A stretch of DNA of 64,000 nt, taken from Sphingopyxis sp. (GTDB lineage Bacteria; Pseudomonadota; Alphaproteobacteria; Sphingomonadales; Sphingomonadaceae). The stretch lies in assembly GCF_050916055.1 (NCBI RefSeq), contig NZ_CP051527.1:2737066-2801065 (forward strand). Direction: 5' to 3'. The notes beneath the pieces were generated by a model that saw only the letters and a list, made by a program, of their open reading frames with translations, was not told where the DNA came from and searched no databases. Of the stretch, positions 30,950-40,201 are shown one piece after another. The position numbers were made by a program, and so were the translations under genes. Position 1 is the first letter of the stretch. Every line of letters begins with the position of its first letter.

Positions 30950-32014
30950 ATGACGCAACCGAAGCGCGAGCGCCTGTCGTTCCTCGACCGCTTTCTGACC
31001 TTGTGGATCTTCCTCGCGATGGCGCTGGGCGTCCTGCTCGGCTCGACCTTCGCCGGGCTCCCCGCCGCGATCGACAGCCTCTCCTGGGGTTCGACCAACA
31101 TCCCGATCGCGATCGGCCTCATCCTGATGATGTATCCGCCGCTCGCGCGCGTCCGCTATGAAGAACTGCCGCGGGTGTTCGAGGACAAGCGCGTCCTTGC
31201 GATCTCGCTGATCCAGAACTGGATCATCGGCCCGGTGCTGATGTTCGCGCTCGCGGTGATCTTCCTGTCCGACAAACCCGAATATATGACCGGCCTGATC
31301 CTCATCGGCCTCGCGCGCTGCATCGCGATGGTGATCGTCTGGAACCAGCTTGCGAAGGGCGACAATCAATATGTCGCCGCGCTCGTCGCCTTCAACTCGA
31401 TCTTTCAGATTCTTTTCTTCAGCGTCTATGCCTGGTTTTTCCTGACCGTGCTGCCGCCACTCTTCGGGCTCGAAGGCAGCGTGATCGACGTCAGCTTCTG
31501 GACCGTCGCCGAAGCGGTGCTCATCTATCTCGGCATCCCTTTCTTGGCAGGCTTCCTCACCCGCAAGTTGCTCGCCGGCGCCAAGGGCAACGACTGGTAT
31601 GAGACTCGCTTCCTGCCGAAGATCGCGCCAATCACCCTCGTCGCGCTGCTCTTCACGATCGTCGCGATGTTCAGCCTCAAGGGGAGCGAGATCGTGACCA
31701 TTCCGGGCGACGTCGTGCGGATCGCGATCCCGCTCACCATCTATTTCGTCGTGCAGTTCGTCATCAGCTTCTGGATGGGCAAGCTCATCGAAGCCGATTA
31801 TCCGCGCACGACGGCGGTCGCCTTCACCGCGGCGGGCAATAATTTCGAACTGGCGATCGCCGTCGCGATTGCCGCCTTCGGCCTTGCCTCGCCGGTCGCT
31901 TTCGCAGCGGTCATTGGCCCGCTCGTCGAGGTGCCGGTGCTGATCCTGCTGGTGAGCGTCGTCTTCTGGTTCGGACGCCGCTGGTTTCCGGCCTCCACCC
32001 CCGCGAAAGACTGA
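30950..32014 (+). CDS. acr3: ACR3-family arsenite efflux transporter
   Basis: [51 protein letters not shown]. Confidence 0.96.
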   Translation: MTQPKRERLSFLDRFLTLWIFLAMALGVLLGSTFAGLPAAIDSLSWGSTNIPIAIGLILMMYPPLARVRYEELPRVFEDKRVLAISLIQNWIIGPVLMFALAVIFLSDKPEYMTGLILIGLARCIAMVIVWNQLAKGDNQYVAALVAFNSIFQILFFSVYAWFFLTVLPPLFGLEGSVIDVSFWTVAEAVLIYLGIPFLAGFLTRKLLAGAKGNDWYETRFLPKIAPITLVALLFTIVAMFSLKGSEIVTIPGDVVRIAIPLTIYFVVQFVISFWMGKLIEADYPRTTAVAFTAAGNNFELAIAVAIAAFGLASPVAFAAVIGPLVEVPVLILLVSVVFWFGRRWFPASTPAKD

Positions 32015-32019
32015 TCAAC

Positions 32020-32775
32020 ATGTCCGCCATGACTTTCTCCCGGTTGCGCGCACTCGCCGACCCCGATCATCTTCCGGCGCTGAGCCCCCAATATATACGG
32101 TCGCAGCCCGGCCTCGGGCTTGGCCCGCTCGATCCGGCGCCGCGCATCCTGCTGCTCTACGGATCCTTACGCGAACGCTCCTATTCGCGGCTCGTCGTCG
32201 AGGAGACCGCACGCCTGCTCCAGCTGTTCGGCTGCGAAATGCGCGTCTTCGATCCCTCCGACCTGCCACTTCCCGACCTGATCGTCGACGACGATCATCC
32301 GGCGGTCGAGGAACTGCGCCAGCATTCGCTCTGGTCCGAAGGCCAGGTGTGGTGCAGCCCGGAGCGCCACGGCCAGATCACCGGCATCATGAGGGCGCAG
32401 GTCGATCACCTGCCGCTCGCCTACAAGGGGCTTCGCCCGACGCAGGGACGGACGCTCGCGGTGATGCAGGTGTCGGCGGGATCGCAGTCGTTCAACAGCG
32501 TCAACACGCTGCGCCTTCTCGGCCGCTGGATGCGAATGATCACGATCCCCAACCAGTCGAGCGTCGCGAAGGCCTATGCCGAGTTCGATGAAGCGGGCCG
32601 CATGCTTCCGTCGAGCTATTACGACCGCATCGTCGATGTTGCCGAGGAGCTGGTCCGGTTCACGGTGCTGACGCGCGGCCATGCCGACCAGCTTGTCGAT
32701 CGCTATTCGGAGCGCAAGGACCGCAACGAGCCTGTCATCACGCCGGCCGAGATGGCGGGTTTACCGGGGACATGA
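32020..32775 (+). CDS. arsH: Arsenical resistance flavoprotein
   Basis: [32 protein letters not shown]...PNQSSV, DRYSER. Confidence 0.96.
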   Translation: MSAMTFSRLRALADPDHLPALSPQYIRSQPGLGLGPLDPAPRILLLYGSLRERSYSRLVVEETARLLQLFGCEMRVFDPSDLPLPDLIVDDDHPAVEELRQHSLWSEGQVWCSPERHGQITGIMRAQVDHLPLAYKGLRPTQGRTLAVMQVSAGSQSFNSVNTLRLLGRWMRMITIPNQSSVAKAYAEFDEAGRMLPSSYYDRIVDVAEELVRFTVLTRGHADQLVDRYSERKDRNEPVITPAEMAGLPGT

Positions 32776-32824
32776 TATTTTTTCCTTCGCCCGTTCAGCC
32801 GCTTGGAATTTCCCCGCACCAACC

Positions 32825-32834
32825 TGTATAGACG
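32825..32834. promoter_or_regulatory. Imperfect HutC-type box upstream of the hutC-like gene
   Basis: TGTATAGACG, 5 bp before the likely start codon. Confidence 0.4.
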
Positions 32835-32838
32835 GGTT

Positions 32839-33639
32839 ATGGATTTCAGCCCTCGCACAGCCGGAAGCGGTTCAAACAACTCAAAAGGTTCAGCCGGTTC
32901 CCGGCCAGGCGAAGCAGAGGTCAAGGACAGCCGCGCAGCGCCACGCTATGCGGCAATCAAGCAAAGCATTTGCGATGCCGTTCGGGACGGCCACTTGAAG
33001 CCTGGCGACCGTGTTCCTTCGGAAGCTGAACTGGTGCAGCAGTTCGACGTATCGCGCATGACCGCGAACCGAGCCCTCCGCGAGCTGCAGGCCGCGGGCA
33101 TATTGGTCCGCCGCGCCGGTAGCGGGTCGTTCATTGCGGAGCCGAAACCGATCGGCCAGATCATCGAAATCCGCAATATTGCGGAAGAAATACGCGAGCG
33201 CGGTCATGTTTATCGTGCCCGTGTCGTGCAGAATGACGAGATCCGGGCCAATGCCGAAATGGCTGCGCTTCTGGAAGTCCCGGTGGGGACAAAATTGTTC
33301 CACTCGATCATCGTCCATCACGAAGCGGAATTCCCGATCCAGCTCGAAGAGCGCTTTGTGCTTGCGTCGGCTGCCCCCGACTATGGAAAGATGGACTTCA
33401 CGCAGACGACGCCGAACGAATATCTGACACAAACCGCGCCGCTCGAACGGGTCGAGCACCGCATCCGCGCTGAGATGCCCGACGCGCGAACGCACGGCAT
33501 GCTTGGGCTGTCGGATGCCGAGCCGGTGCTGCGGATGACGCGCCGGACATGGAGCCACTCACGTCTCGTCAGCCACGCATGGCTGACGCATCCCGGCTCG
33601 CGCTTCGAACTCTCGGCCGCCTTCTCGATCGACGATTGA
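32839..33639 (+). CDS. hutC: Histidine utilization repressor-like GntR/UTRA regulator
   Basis: PGDRVPSEAEL...VSRMTANRALREL, GSGSFIA, EIRNIAEEI, IQLEERFV, TPNEYL, EHRI. Confidence 0.85.
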   Translation: MDFSPRTAGSGSNNSKGSAGSRPGEAEVKDSRAAPRYAAIKQSICDAVRDGHLKPGDRVPSEAELVQQFDVSRMTANRALRELQAAGILVRRAGSGSFIAEPKPIGQIIEIRNIAEEIRERGHVYRARVVQNDEIRANAEMAALLEVPVGTKLFHSIIVHHEAEFPIQLEERFVLASAAPDYGKMDFTQTTPNEYLTQTAPLERVEHRIRAEMPDARTHGMLGLSDAEPVLRMTRRTWSHSRLVSHAWLTHPGSRFELSAAFSIDD

Positions 33640-33649
33640 CGACCGATAG

Positions 33650-34384
33650 TCAGGCTGTGCTGCGGGTCACCACAGGCTTGCGGCGCCGGCGCAACCAGCG
33701 GAAATCGGCGCGGCTAAAGCTTTTGAAGAGCAGATAGAAGCCGGTCCCGGAAAGCCACAGCGCGCCGAAGGCCACGAAGATGATCAGCGGGTGATTGAAG
33801 CTCTTCCGGTTCACATAATCCATATTGTGGAGCATCCAGAAAAAGTCCCACGTCCGCCAAGTATCGCCGCGCATCACAAGGAAACGCGCGGTGTCGAGCG
33901 AGACATAGGCGCTGCTGTTCTCGGCGTCGGCAAAGTCGACGCGCCACATCGCACCGTCATGATCGCGCGCCTCGAGATTGGGCTTTGCCAATATGCTGAC
34001 CTTTTGGATCGGCGCCTCGTTCATCATCGACGCGACCTCGCGCGCCATGCCTTCATCGACGCGCATGTCCTTGCCGGTAGTGGCATCGACGAGGCGAGTG
34101 CCCTTCGGCGTGCGAAGCTCATAGACCGGCCGCGCGCCGAGATCGCGCAAGACCACGCCGGTGACAGGCTCGCCGCGCGGCAAGGCGGCAACGTCGAAAT
34201 ATTCGCCGGCGGGCAAAGGATGCGCATGCGACATCCCGCCGCCGTGTCCGCCGACCTTGTCCTTGTCGAGCAGCGCCATGACCGAGCCGCTCAAGGCCCA
34301 GAGGAGGAACTGGAGCCCGAGAATAAGCCCGACCCATTTGTGGATGCGGCGGAAAAAGAGCGGCGTCAGCCGAATGCGTTTCAT
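33650..34384 (-). CDS. PepSY-associated TM-helix domain protein
   Basis: RRIHKWVGLI, WDFFWMLHNMDY, FNHPL; overlaps the upstream stop by 4 nt. Confidence 0.85.
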   Translation of the reverse strand: MKRIRLTPLFFRRIHKWVGLILGLQFLLWALSGSVMALLDKDKVGGHGGGMSHAHPLPAGEYFDVAALPRGEPVTGVVLRDLGARPVYELRTPKGTRLVDATTGKDMRVDEGMAREVASMMNEAPIQKVSILAKPNLEARDHDGAMWRVDFADAENSSAYVSLDTARFLVMRGDTWRTWDFFWMLHNMDYVNRKSFNHPLIIFVAFGALWLSGTGFYLLFKSFSRADFRWLRRRRKPVVTRSTA

Positions 34385-35085
34385 GCCGTCTTCCTCTTGC
34401 GGCGCTTGAAGGACCAGATCAGCAGCCATGCGCCTGTCAGCGCCATGGCGAAGGCGCTCCAGGTCGCGACACGGAGCAGCGGGTTGTTGACGTCGGTCCG
34501 TTCGTCATAGTCCATGATGTGGAGCATCCAGGCGAAGTCGAAAACACGCCACAGCGCGTGGCGGCGCGAGATGAGCTCGCCCGTCTGCGGCGACAGATAA
34601 AGCGTCGGACGGTTCCAGCCTTCGAACTCGACCTGCCAATAGGGCGGCTTGCGCGCTTGCATCTCCTGTGGCGCCTTGGTGAGCAGGCGCACCGACACGA
34701 TCGCGCCGTCGCCGGTGTAGATGCGCCGCGCCTGCGACCGGACCTGGGACTCGGTCAGGGCAGGCAGCGGCGCACCCGAGCGGGCATCGAACAGCTTCGC
34801 GCCGTCGGGCGTCTCAGCGCGCCACACGGGCGACCCGAAGAATCGCTGCAGGCGGATTTCCGAAACCCCGGGTGCGGTGGCCACAATCCGCGACGGCGGC
34901 GCGAGCCCCGCCAGATCGAACGCTTCGGTCGCCGGCGCGCGCACCAGGTTATCGCCGTGGATGATGTCGATATGGACGACGACCATGTAGAGGCCGGTCA
35001 GCGTCCAGAGCAAAGCCTGGACGCCGACCACCAAGGCCAGCCATTTATGCGTTCGCCGAACAAGCAGCGGCCAACGAATTGCCAT
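34381..35085 (-). CDS. PepSY-associated TM-helix domain protein (paralog)
   Basis: RRTHKWLAL, WRVFDFAWMLHIMDY, NNPLL. Confidence 0.85.
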   Translation of the reverse strand: MAIRWPLLVRRTHKWLALVVGVQALLWTLTGLYMVVVHIDIIHGDNLVRAPATEAFDLAGLAPPSRIVATAPGVSEIRLQRFFGSPVWRAETPDGAKLFDARSGAPLPALTESQVRSQARRIYTGDGAIVSVRLLTKAPQEMQARKPPYWQVEFEGWNRPTLYLSPQTGELISRRHALWRVFDFAWMLHIMDYDERTDVNNPLLRVATWSAFAMALTGAWLLIWSFKRRKRKTA

Positions 35086-35095
35086 TGCGCTACCC

Positions 35096-37798
35096 TCAGA
35101 AAGCCGTCCGGAAGCCGACGTAGAATCGCCGTCCGAGCAGATCGTAGGTCATCGTGTCGGTGTTCGCATCGGTAAAGCTCTGGATATAGGGCGCCTTGCG
35201 ATCGAACAGATTGTCGACACCGACCTGGAAGCGGGTCTTGTCGTCGATCTCAAAAGCGACCTGGAGATTGTGATAGAAGACGTTGGGGGTGCTGTAGCCG
35301 ATGTCACCCGGCGCCGCGTTGAAGTCGGTCGCCTTGCCGATCCACTGGGTCGACCAGGTCGCACTGACGCCGTCCTTTTCGGCGGTCAGCACACCATAGC
35401 CGCGCCATTTCGGATAGCCGCCGTTGCCGCCGCCGATGAAGCCGTCGAAATCGATCGGTGCGCCGCCCGGGAAGGGCAGCACGACATATTTGTTGAGGTA
35501 GGTCAGGTTGACGTCGAACGAGACATTCACGCTGCCGATGTTGTTATTATAGACGAGGCCGAGGTCGAGCCCGTTCATTTCCTCGCGGCCGGTGTTGATC
35601 GGCTGGGCGGACAGGAAGGTGACCTCGCCTGTCAGCGGACTGCGCGTAAAATCCTCGCAGAAAGGATGCGACAGATTCTGGCTCGCGTAGCAGATGCCGA
35701 GTTTGGTCGATCCGGGAATGGCGCGGATCGCATCCTTGATCTTGATGTCGAACCAGTCGGCGGTGAGCGACAGGCCCGGGATGAGCCCCTTCGGCGAGAT
35801 CACGGTGCCGACGGTCCAGGTCGTCGAGCTTTCGGGCTTCAGATTCTCGTTGCCGCCCACTGTCGTCAGGATCGTCGTGCCCAGCTGGACATAGTTCGCT
35901 GGCACGCCCGATGCCTGACAATTGGCGATTAGCGTCGCATTGCCACTCGTCGCATAGCGCGAGCACGGATCGGTCGTGGTCAGATTGCCTTCGGACACGC
36001 CGCCGAACAGTTCGGGGACGTTGGGAATTCGGAAGCCGGTGCCATAGGTGCCGCGCAGGCGGAAGCTGTCGTTGATAACCCAGTCGAGGCTCGCCTTATA
36101 GTTCCAGTCGCTGCCGAACAGGTCATAGTCCGAATAGCGCACCGCGCCGCCCGCCGTCAGCGCTTGGAAGAAGGGCGCATCGGCAAGGATCGGCACCGAC
36201 AGTTCGAGATAGGCCTCCTTCGCGGTGCTCGTTCCGGAGATCGGGTCCTGCTGGTTGGTGTTGGCAATACCGAGCACCGTCAGCGGATCGGGATCGCGCC
36301 AGCCCTTTTCCTTGCGATAGACAACACCCGCCGCGAAGGAGACGGGCCCCGCAGGCAGCTTGAACAGATCGCCGTTGAGATCAGCCGTAACCGTCGCTAG
36401 CTCGTTGCCGCCGCGGTCGCGCGAGGTGAAGAGGATATAATCGAGAACCTCGGGCGTCAGATCGCCGAAGCCGAGATAATCGGCGCAGGGAATCGAAGCC
36501 CCGGCCGCCAAGCTACATTTGCTGGTGTCGAGCGTGTTGGCGACGCGCTCGAGATTGGCGATGTTGGTCGACCCATCGACCGCCGTATTGCGGCCGAAGC
36601 TGCCCGCGACTTCCCAGCCCCAGTCGTTCGACAGCTTGCCGCGGAGGCCAAAGGTGCCCTGCCAGGTATCGGTTTCCTGAAAGAACTGGCGCGCACCCGG
36701 TTCGGCGAGGCGCCGCTGGATGAGGACGATATTCTGGCCGGTCGGGTTGGTGGGGTTGCTCGCCGCGATCGACAGGTTGCGCAGCGTGCCGGGCGTCGCG
36801 ATCTGGTTCGACTTGCGGAACGTGTAGAGGAATTCGCCGAACGCCTCGATATTGTCGGTCAGGTCATAGTCGGCGAAGAAGGCGGTGCTGACGCGCTCGA
36901 CGGGGCTGACGGCGTTGAGGAACGGGGCAGAATTGAAATTATGCTTCGCCGCGCTGTAGGGTTCGAAGAAATTTCCGTTGCCGCCGAGCACCTGGTTGAA
37001 GTTGATCTGCTGGCCGTTCGGCAGCACCGCGCGTCCGCCGATCGTCGATGCGCTGTTGACGCAGCCAAGTGTGCCGGGGGTGGTTTCGGCCAGCGAACAG
37101 GGCGCGCGGGTCGCCATGTTTACGGCGCTGGTCTTCTGGTAGGTTACCGCGGCCATGAAACCGCCGCGGTCGTTGCGCATGCCCCAGATCAGGTCTGCGG
37201 TGAAATCCGAGCCATCACCCTTTTCGGTGATCCCCTGCCGCGCGCTGATCCCAAGACCTTCATAGTCGGTCCGGGTGACGAGGTTGACGACGCCCGCCAT
37301 CGCATCGGCGCCATAGATCGCCGACGCGCCGTCCTTGAGGACGTCGGTGCGCGCGAGCGCGACGACCGGGATCATGTTGAGGTCGGGCGACGAGTTCGCG
37401 CCCGTGCCGCCGGCGACGAGGCGGCGGCCGTTGAGCAGCACGAGGGTGCGCTTGATGCCGAGACCACGCAGATTGACCTGCGCGGTGCCGTAGCCGTTGC
37501 CAGTCCAGTAGGCCGAAGTCTGGTTGCCCGCGAAGCCCGCATTGGCGGGGAGGCGCTGCAGCACCGTCTCGATATTCACGACCCCGGTGTTCTCGATCTG
37601 CTCGGCCGAAACGACCGTCGCCGGCCCAACGCCCGCGAGATCCTGCCGGCGGATACGCGACCCGGTCACCACGATATCGCTGCCGCTGCTCGCGCTATCC
37701 GCTCCGGCCTCGGGTGCCGACTCGCTTTGAGCGAGGGCTGGCGCCGAAACGCCCGCAAAAACCGCAGCGCCGGCAAGCAAAACTGTCCTGAACTTCAT
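35096..37798 (-). CDS. TonB-dependent receptor
   Basis: Signal peptide, TonB box DIVVTGSR, plug DVLKDGASAIYGADAMAGVVN, C-terminal NLFD...YVGFRTAF. Confidence 0.96.
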   Translation of the reverse strand: MKFRTVLLAGAAVFAGVSAPALAQSESAPEAGADSASSGSDIVVTGSRIRRQDLAGVGPATVVSAEQIENTGVVNIETVLQRLPANAGFAGNQTSAYWTGNGYGTAQVNLRGLGIKRTLVLLNGRRLVAGGTGANSSPDLNMIPVVALARTDVLKDGASAIYGADAMAGVVNLVTRTDYEGLGISARQGITEKGDGSDFTADLIWGMRNDRGGFMAAVTYQKTSAVNMATRAPCSLAETTPGTLGCVNSASTIGGRAVLPNGQQINFNQVLGGNGNFFEPYSAAKHNFNSAPFLNAVSPVERVSTAFFADYDLTDNIEAFGEFLYTFRKSNQIATPGTLRNLSIAASNPTNPTGQNIVLIQRRLAEPGARQFFQETDTWQGTFGLRGKLSNDWGWEVAGSFGRNTAVDGSTNIANLERVANTLDTSKCSLAAGASIPCADYLGFGDLTPEVLDYILFTSRDRGGNELATVTADLNGDLFKLPAGPVSFAAGVVYRKEKGWRDPDPLTVLGIANTNQQDPISGTSTAKEAYLELSVPILADAPFFQALTAGGAVRYSDYDLFGSDWNYKASLDWVINDSFRLRGTYGTGFRIPNVPELFGGVSEGNLTTTDPCSRYATSGNATLIANCQASGVPANYVQLGTTILTTVGGNENLKPESSTTWTVGTVISPKGLIPGLSLTADWFDIKIKDAIRAIPGSTKLGICYASQNLSHPFCEDFTRSPLTGEVTFLSAQPINTGREEMNGLDLGLVYNNNIGSVNVSFDVNLTYLNKYVVLPFPGGAPIDFDGFIGGGNGGYPKWRGYGVLTAEKDGVSATWSTQWIGKATDFNAAPGDIGYSTPNVFYHNLQVAFEIDDKTRFQVGVDNLFDRKAPYIQSFTDANTDTMTYDLLGRRFYVGFRTAF

Positions 37799-37845
37799 GG
37801 CGAAACCCCCTTCTGGTTGCGTTATGCACCGGAGAGAGCATCAAA

Positions 37846-37855
37846 TGTATATACA
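37846..37855. promoter_or_regulatory. Perfect HutC-type operator TGTA-TA-TACA
   Basis: Palindrome 48 bp upstream of the TonB receptor start. Confidence 0.65.
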
Positions 37856-38007
37856 GGTCAACAGAAAATTGTCTTAAAGATCAATATCTTAGATGAAGAT
37901 ACACGACCCATAGCCGGTGAGTATAATACGCACCCGAAGCATCTACCCCTCACCGGAAAATGACTTTTTTTTGATGTCGCGCCTCGGCGCCCCAAATTGG
38001 CCCCGCC

Positions 38008-38526
38008 CTAAGCGGAAAAGATCGACGCCTTGCCCTGCATGTCGAACGCCATCACATCGAAAGCGTCCTGGCTCCCATCGGGCATTTCCATGCCCGGCGA
38101 GCCCCGCGGCATGCCGGGAACGGCGATCCCCCGGATGTTGCGCGGCTTGTCACGGAGCAGCTTTGCGACATGCGGCATCGGCACATGACCTTCGATCGCA
38201 TAGCCGGCAACGATCGCGGTGTGGCACGACGCCAGGTCGGGCGGAACGCCATAGCGTTCCTTCACTGCGGCCATGTCAGCGCGACTCTCGACAGTCACGT
38301 TATAGCCAGCCTTGCGTGCGATATCGGCCCACGCCTCGCAGCAGCCGCATTCGGGGTCGCGGTAAACGAGCATCGCCTGGCTCCCGCCGCTGCTTGCCGG
38401 CAAAGCGGCCCCCGCCGTATCCGTTCCGGCAGCAGGCCGCCGATCGCATCCAACAAGCGCGGCACCGCCTGCAACGGCGAACAAGCCAAGAAGGCTTCGC
38501 CGGCTGTAATTTGAGGTCGGCGTCAT
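38008..38526 (-). CDS. DUF411 metal-binding protein (CopG-like)
   Basis: SRRSLL leader with VGC, CGCCEAW, ASCHTA, IEGHVP, GIAVPGMP.GSPGME. Confidence 0.88.
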   Translation of the reverse strand: MTPTSNYSRRSLLGLFAVAGGAALVGCDRRPAAGTDTAGAALPASSGGSQAMLVYRDPECGCCEAWADIARKAGYNVTVESRADMAAVKERYGVPPDLASCHTAIVAGYAIEGHVPMPHVAKLLRDKPRNIRGIAVPGMPRGSPGMEMPDGSQDAFDVMAFDMQGKASIFSA

Positions 38527-38966
38527 TTTCGGTCCAATATTCGCTTCATCTGGTCGATCTCTGCCTTTTGGCCCGCAATGATGCCGCGGCACAATTCAAG
38601 CACCTCGGGGTCCGAGAGGCGGGCTTGCGCGCACATGAGGACAGCGCCCGAATGATGCGGGATCATCGACCGCAGGAAGGCCTGGTCGCCGATCGTGGTC
38701 TGCGTGCGAATGAGCCCGAAGCTGCCAAAGAAGGCGAGCGCCGCTCCGCCCAAAAGGAGGATGTTTCGGCGCTTGTCAGGAAACATGTCGGGCATGGCGA
38801 TGATCATCAGGACGACCATCGGCGCCACCATCATGAGCGTCATATAGGCCATGTTGAGATTGTTGTAGAAGCTCGACAGACGATCAATCATCACGAACAT
38901 GACGAGATACATGATAACGGCGCCGACGAGCGTTTGCCAGGCGAGGCTTCGATAAGCTGACTTCAC
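38523..38966 (-). CDS. DUF305 (CopM-like) protein with TM helices
   Basis: FLRSMIPHHSGAVLMC, II.GQ..EI..M; AGGAGA RBS before GTG. Confidence 0.8.
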   Translation of the reverse strand: MKSAYRSLAWQTLVGAVIMYLVMFVMIDRLSSFYNNLNMAYMTLMMVAPMVVLMIIAMPDMFPDKRRNILLLGGAALAFFGSFGLIRTQTTIGDQAFLRSMIPHHSGAVLMCAQARLSDPEVLELCRGIIAGQKAEIDQMKRILDRK

Positions 38967-38998
38967 GGCAATTCTCCTATCTGTTGCCCCGCCGCGAG

Positions 38999-40201
38999 TT
39001 AGAACCAGACCCGCACCCCTGCGACCAGGCTGACGCTGCTTGGGTCTTCCCCTGCGGCCCGCGTGAAACGGGCCGTATCGCCGACCTTGCGTTCCCATTC
39101 GACTCCGACATAGGGGGCGAATTCCTTGACGATTTCGTAACGCAGGCGCAGCCCGAGCTCCACGTCGGACAAGCCGGACCCGACCCCGATTTCGGGAACA
39201 TCTTGTAACGCGAAATTCAGCTCGGCTATCGGCTGGAGGATCAGTTTCTGGGTGATGCGCTGGTCATAATAGCCTTCAAGCCGGCCGTGCAGATCGCCCT
39301 TGTTCGACAAGAACAGGGCGCCCTCGACCTCGAACCAATAGGGCGCGAGCCCCTCGAAGCCCACTGTCGCATAGGTGCGATCGGGACCGGGTCCGAGATC
39401 CTGCCGAATGCCGGCCTGGGCGTTGAAATAGGGGCCGACGGCACGGCTGTAGAGCAATTGCGTCTCGGTGCCTTCGATGCCCTCGCCAAAAACCCCCTCG
39501 CCTTCGCTTTTGACGGTGAGCCGATTGATATCGCCACCATACCAGGCTTCGCCGTCCCAGCGAAAGCCGTCATGCCCTTTGCGCGCCTGATATTCGGCGA
39601 GGTTGAAACTGATGAAGGCGATTTTCTGCGCGCCATTTTCTTCCATCATCGCATGGCGCGAATGCTCCATTTCGGCCTTGGGATAGATGCGGTCGGCATA
39701 CCAGTCGCTGGGCGGCGCCGGCGCGGCGGCATCGCCCGGAGGCAAGTCGGTGCCGCTCGCCCCGCCCATTCCGGCCATGCCTTCCATCAGTTCCATCGTT
39801 GCGTCCTTCGGCATGCAATGGCCCATCTTGGCATGTTCGGGCGGACAGTCGGGATCGGCCGGGGCCACCGTGCCTTGGTCCATCGCGCCCATGTCCGGCA
39901 TTTCCGCGCTCGAGCCGCTGTCCGAAGACTTTGCCTCGGGCGTGCAATGGCCCATCGCCGCATGCTCGGGCGCGCAACTTGCGTCCTTGGGTTTCATATC
40001 CATGCCGCCATGATCCATCTCGGGCATCGGCGCGGGTTCGGATTGCGGCGGCGGAGCCGGCTGCGGCTTGGCAGCTGGCTTCTTCGGCTCGGCCGGCATG
40101 GTCATGCCCGGCATCGACGAATGATCCATCGACTGCGCGGTGGCGGGAACGGCGAAAGCGAGCGCGGCGGTGCCGGCGAGGAAAAGCGAAGCGCGGGTCA
40201 C
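38999..40201 (-). CDS. copB: Copper resistance protein B
   Basis: Met/His-rich N-terminus, WYGGDINRL, GLAPYWFE, GLRLRYEI..EFAPYVG, C-terminal RVWF. Confidence 0.96.
   Translation of the reverse strand: MTRASLFLAGTAALAFAVPATAQSMDHSSMPGMTMPAEPKKPAAKPQPAPPPQSEPAPMPEMDHGGMDMKPKDASCAPEHAAMGHCTPEAKSSDSGSSAEMPDMGAMDQGTVAPADPDCPPEHAKMGHCMPKDATMELMEGMAGMGGASGTDLPPGDAAAPAPPSDWYADRIYPKAEMEHSRHAMMEENGAQKIAFISFNLAEYQARKGHDGFRWDGEAWYGGDINRLTVKSEGEGVFGEGIEGTETQLLYSRAVGPYFNAQAGIRQDLGPGPDRTYATVGFEGLAPYWFEVEGALFLSNKGDLHGRLEGYYDQRITQKLILQPIAELNFALQDVPEIGVGSGLSDVELGLRLRYEIVKEFAPYVGVEWERKVGDTARFTRAAGEDPSSVSLVAGVRVWF

Noticed and set aside
32839-33639. Histidine utilization (hut) operon
   Set aside because: Only the regulator is present; no hutH, hutU, hutI, hutF or hutG in the window.
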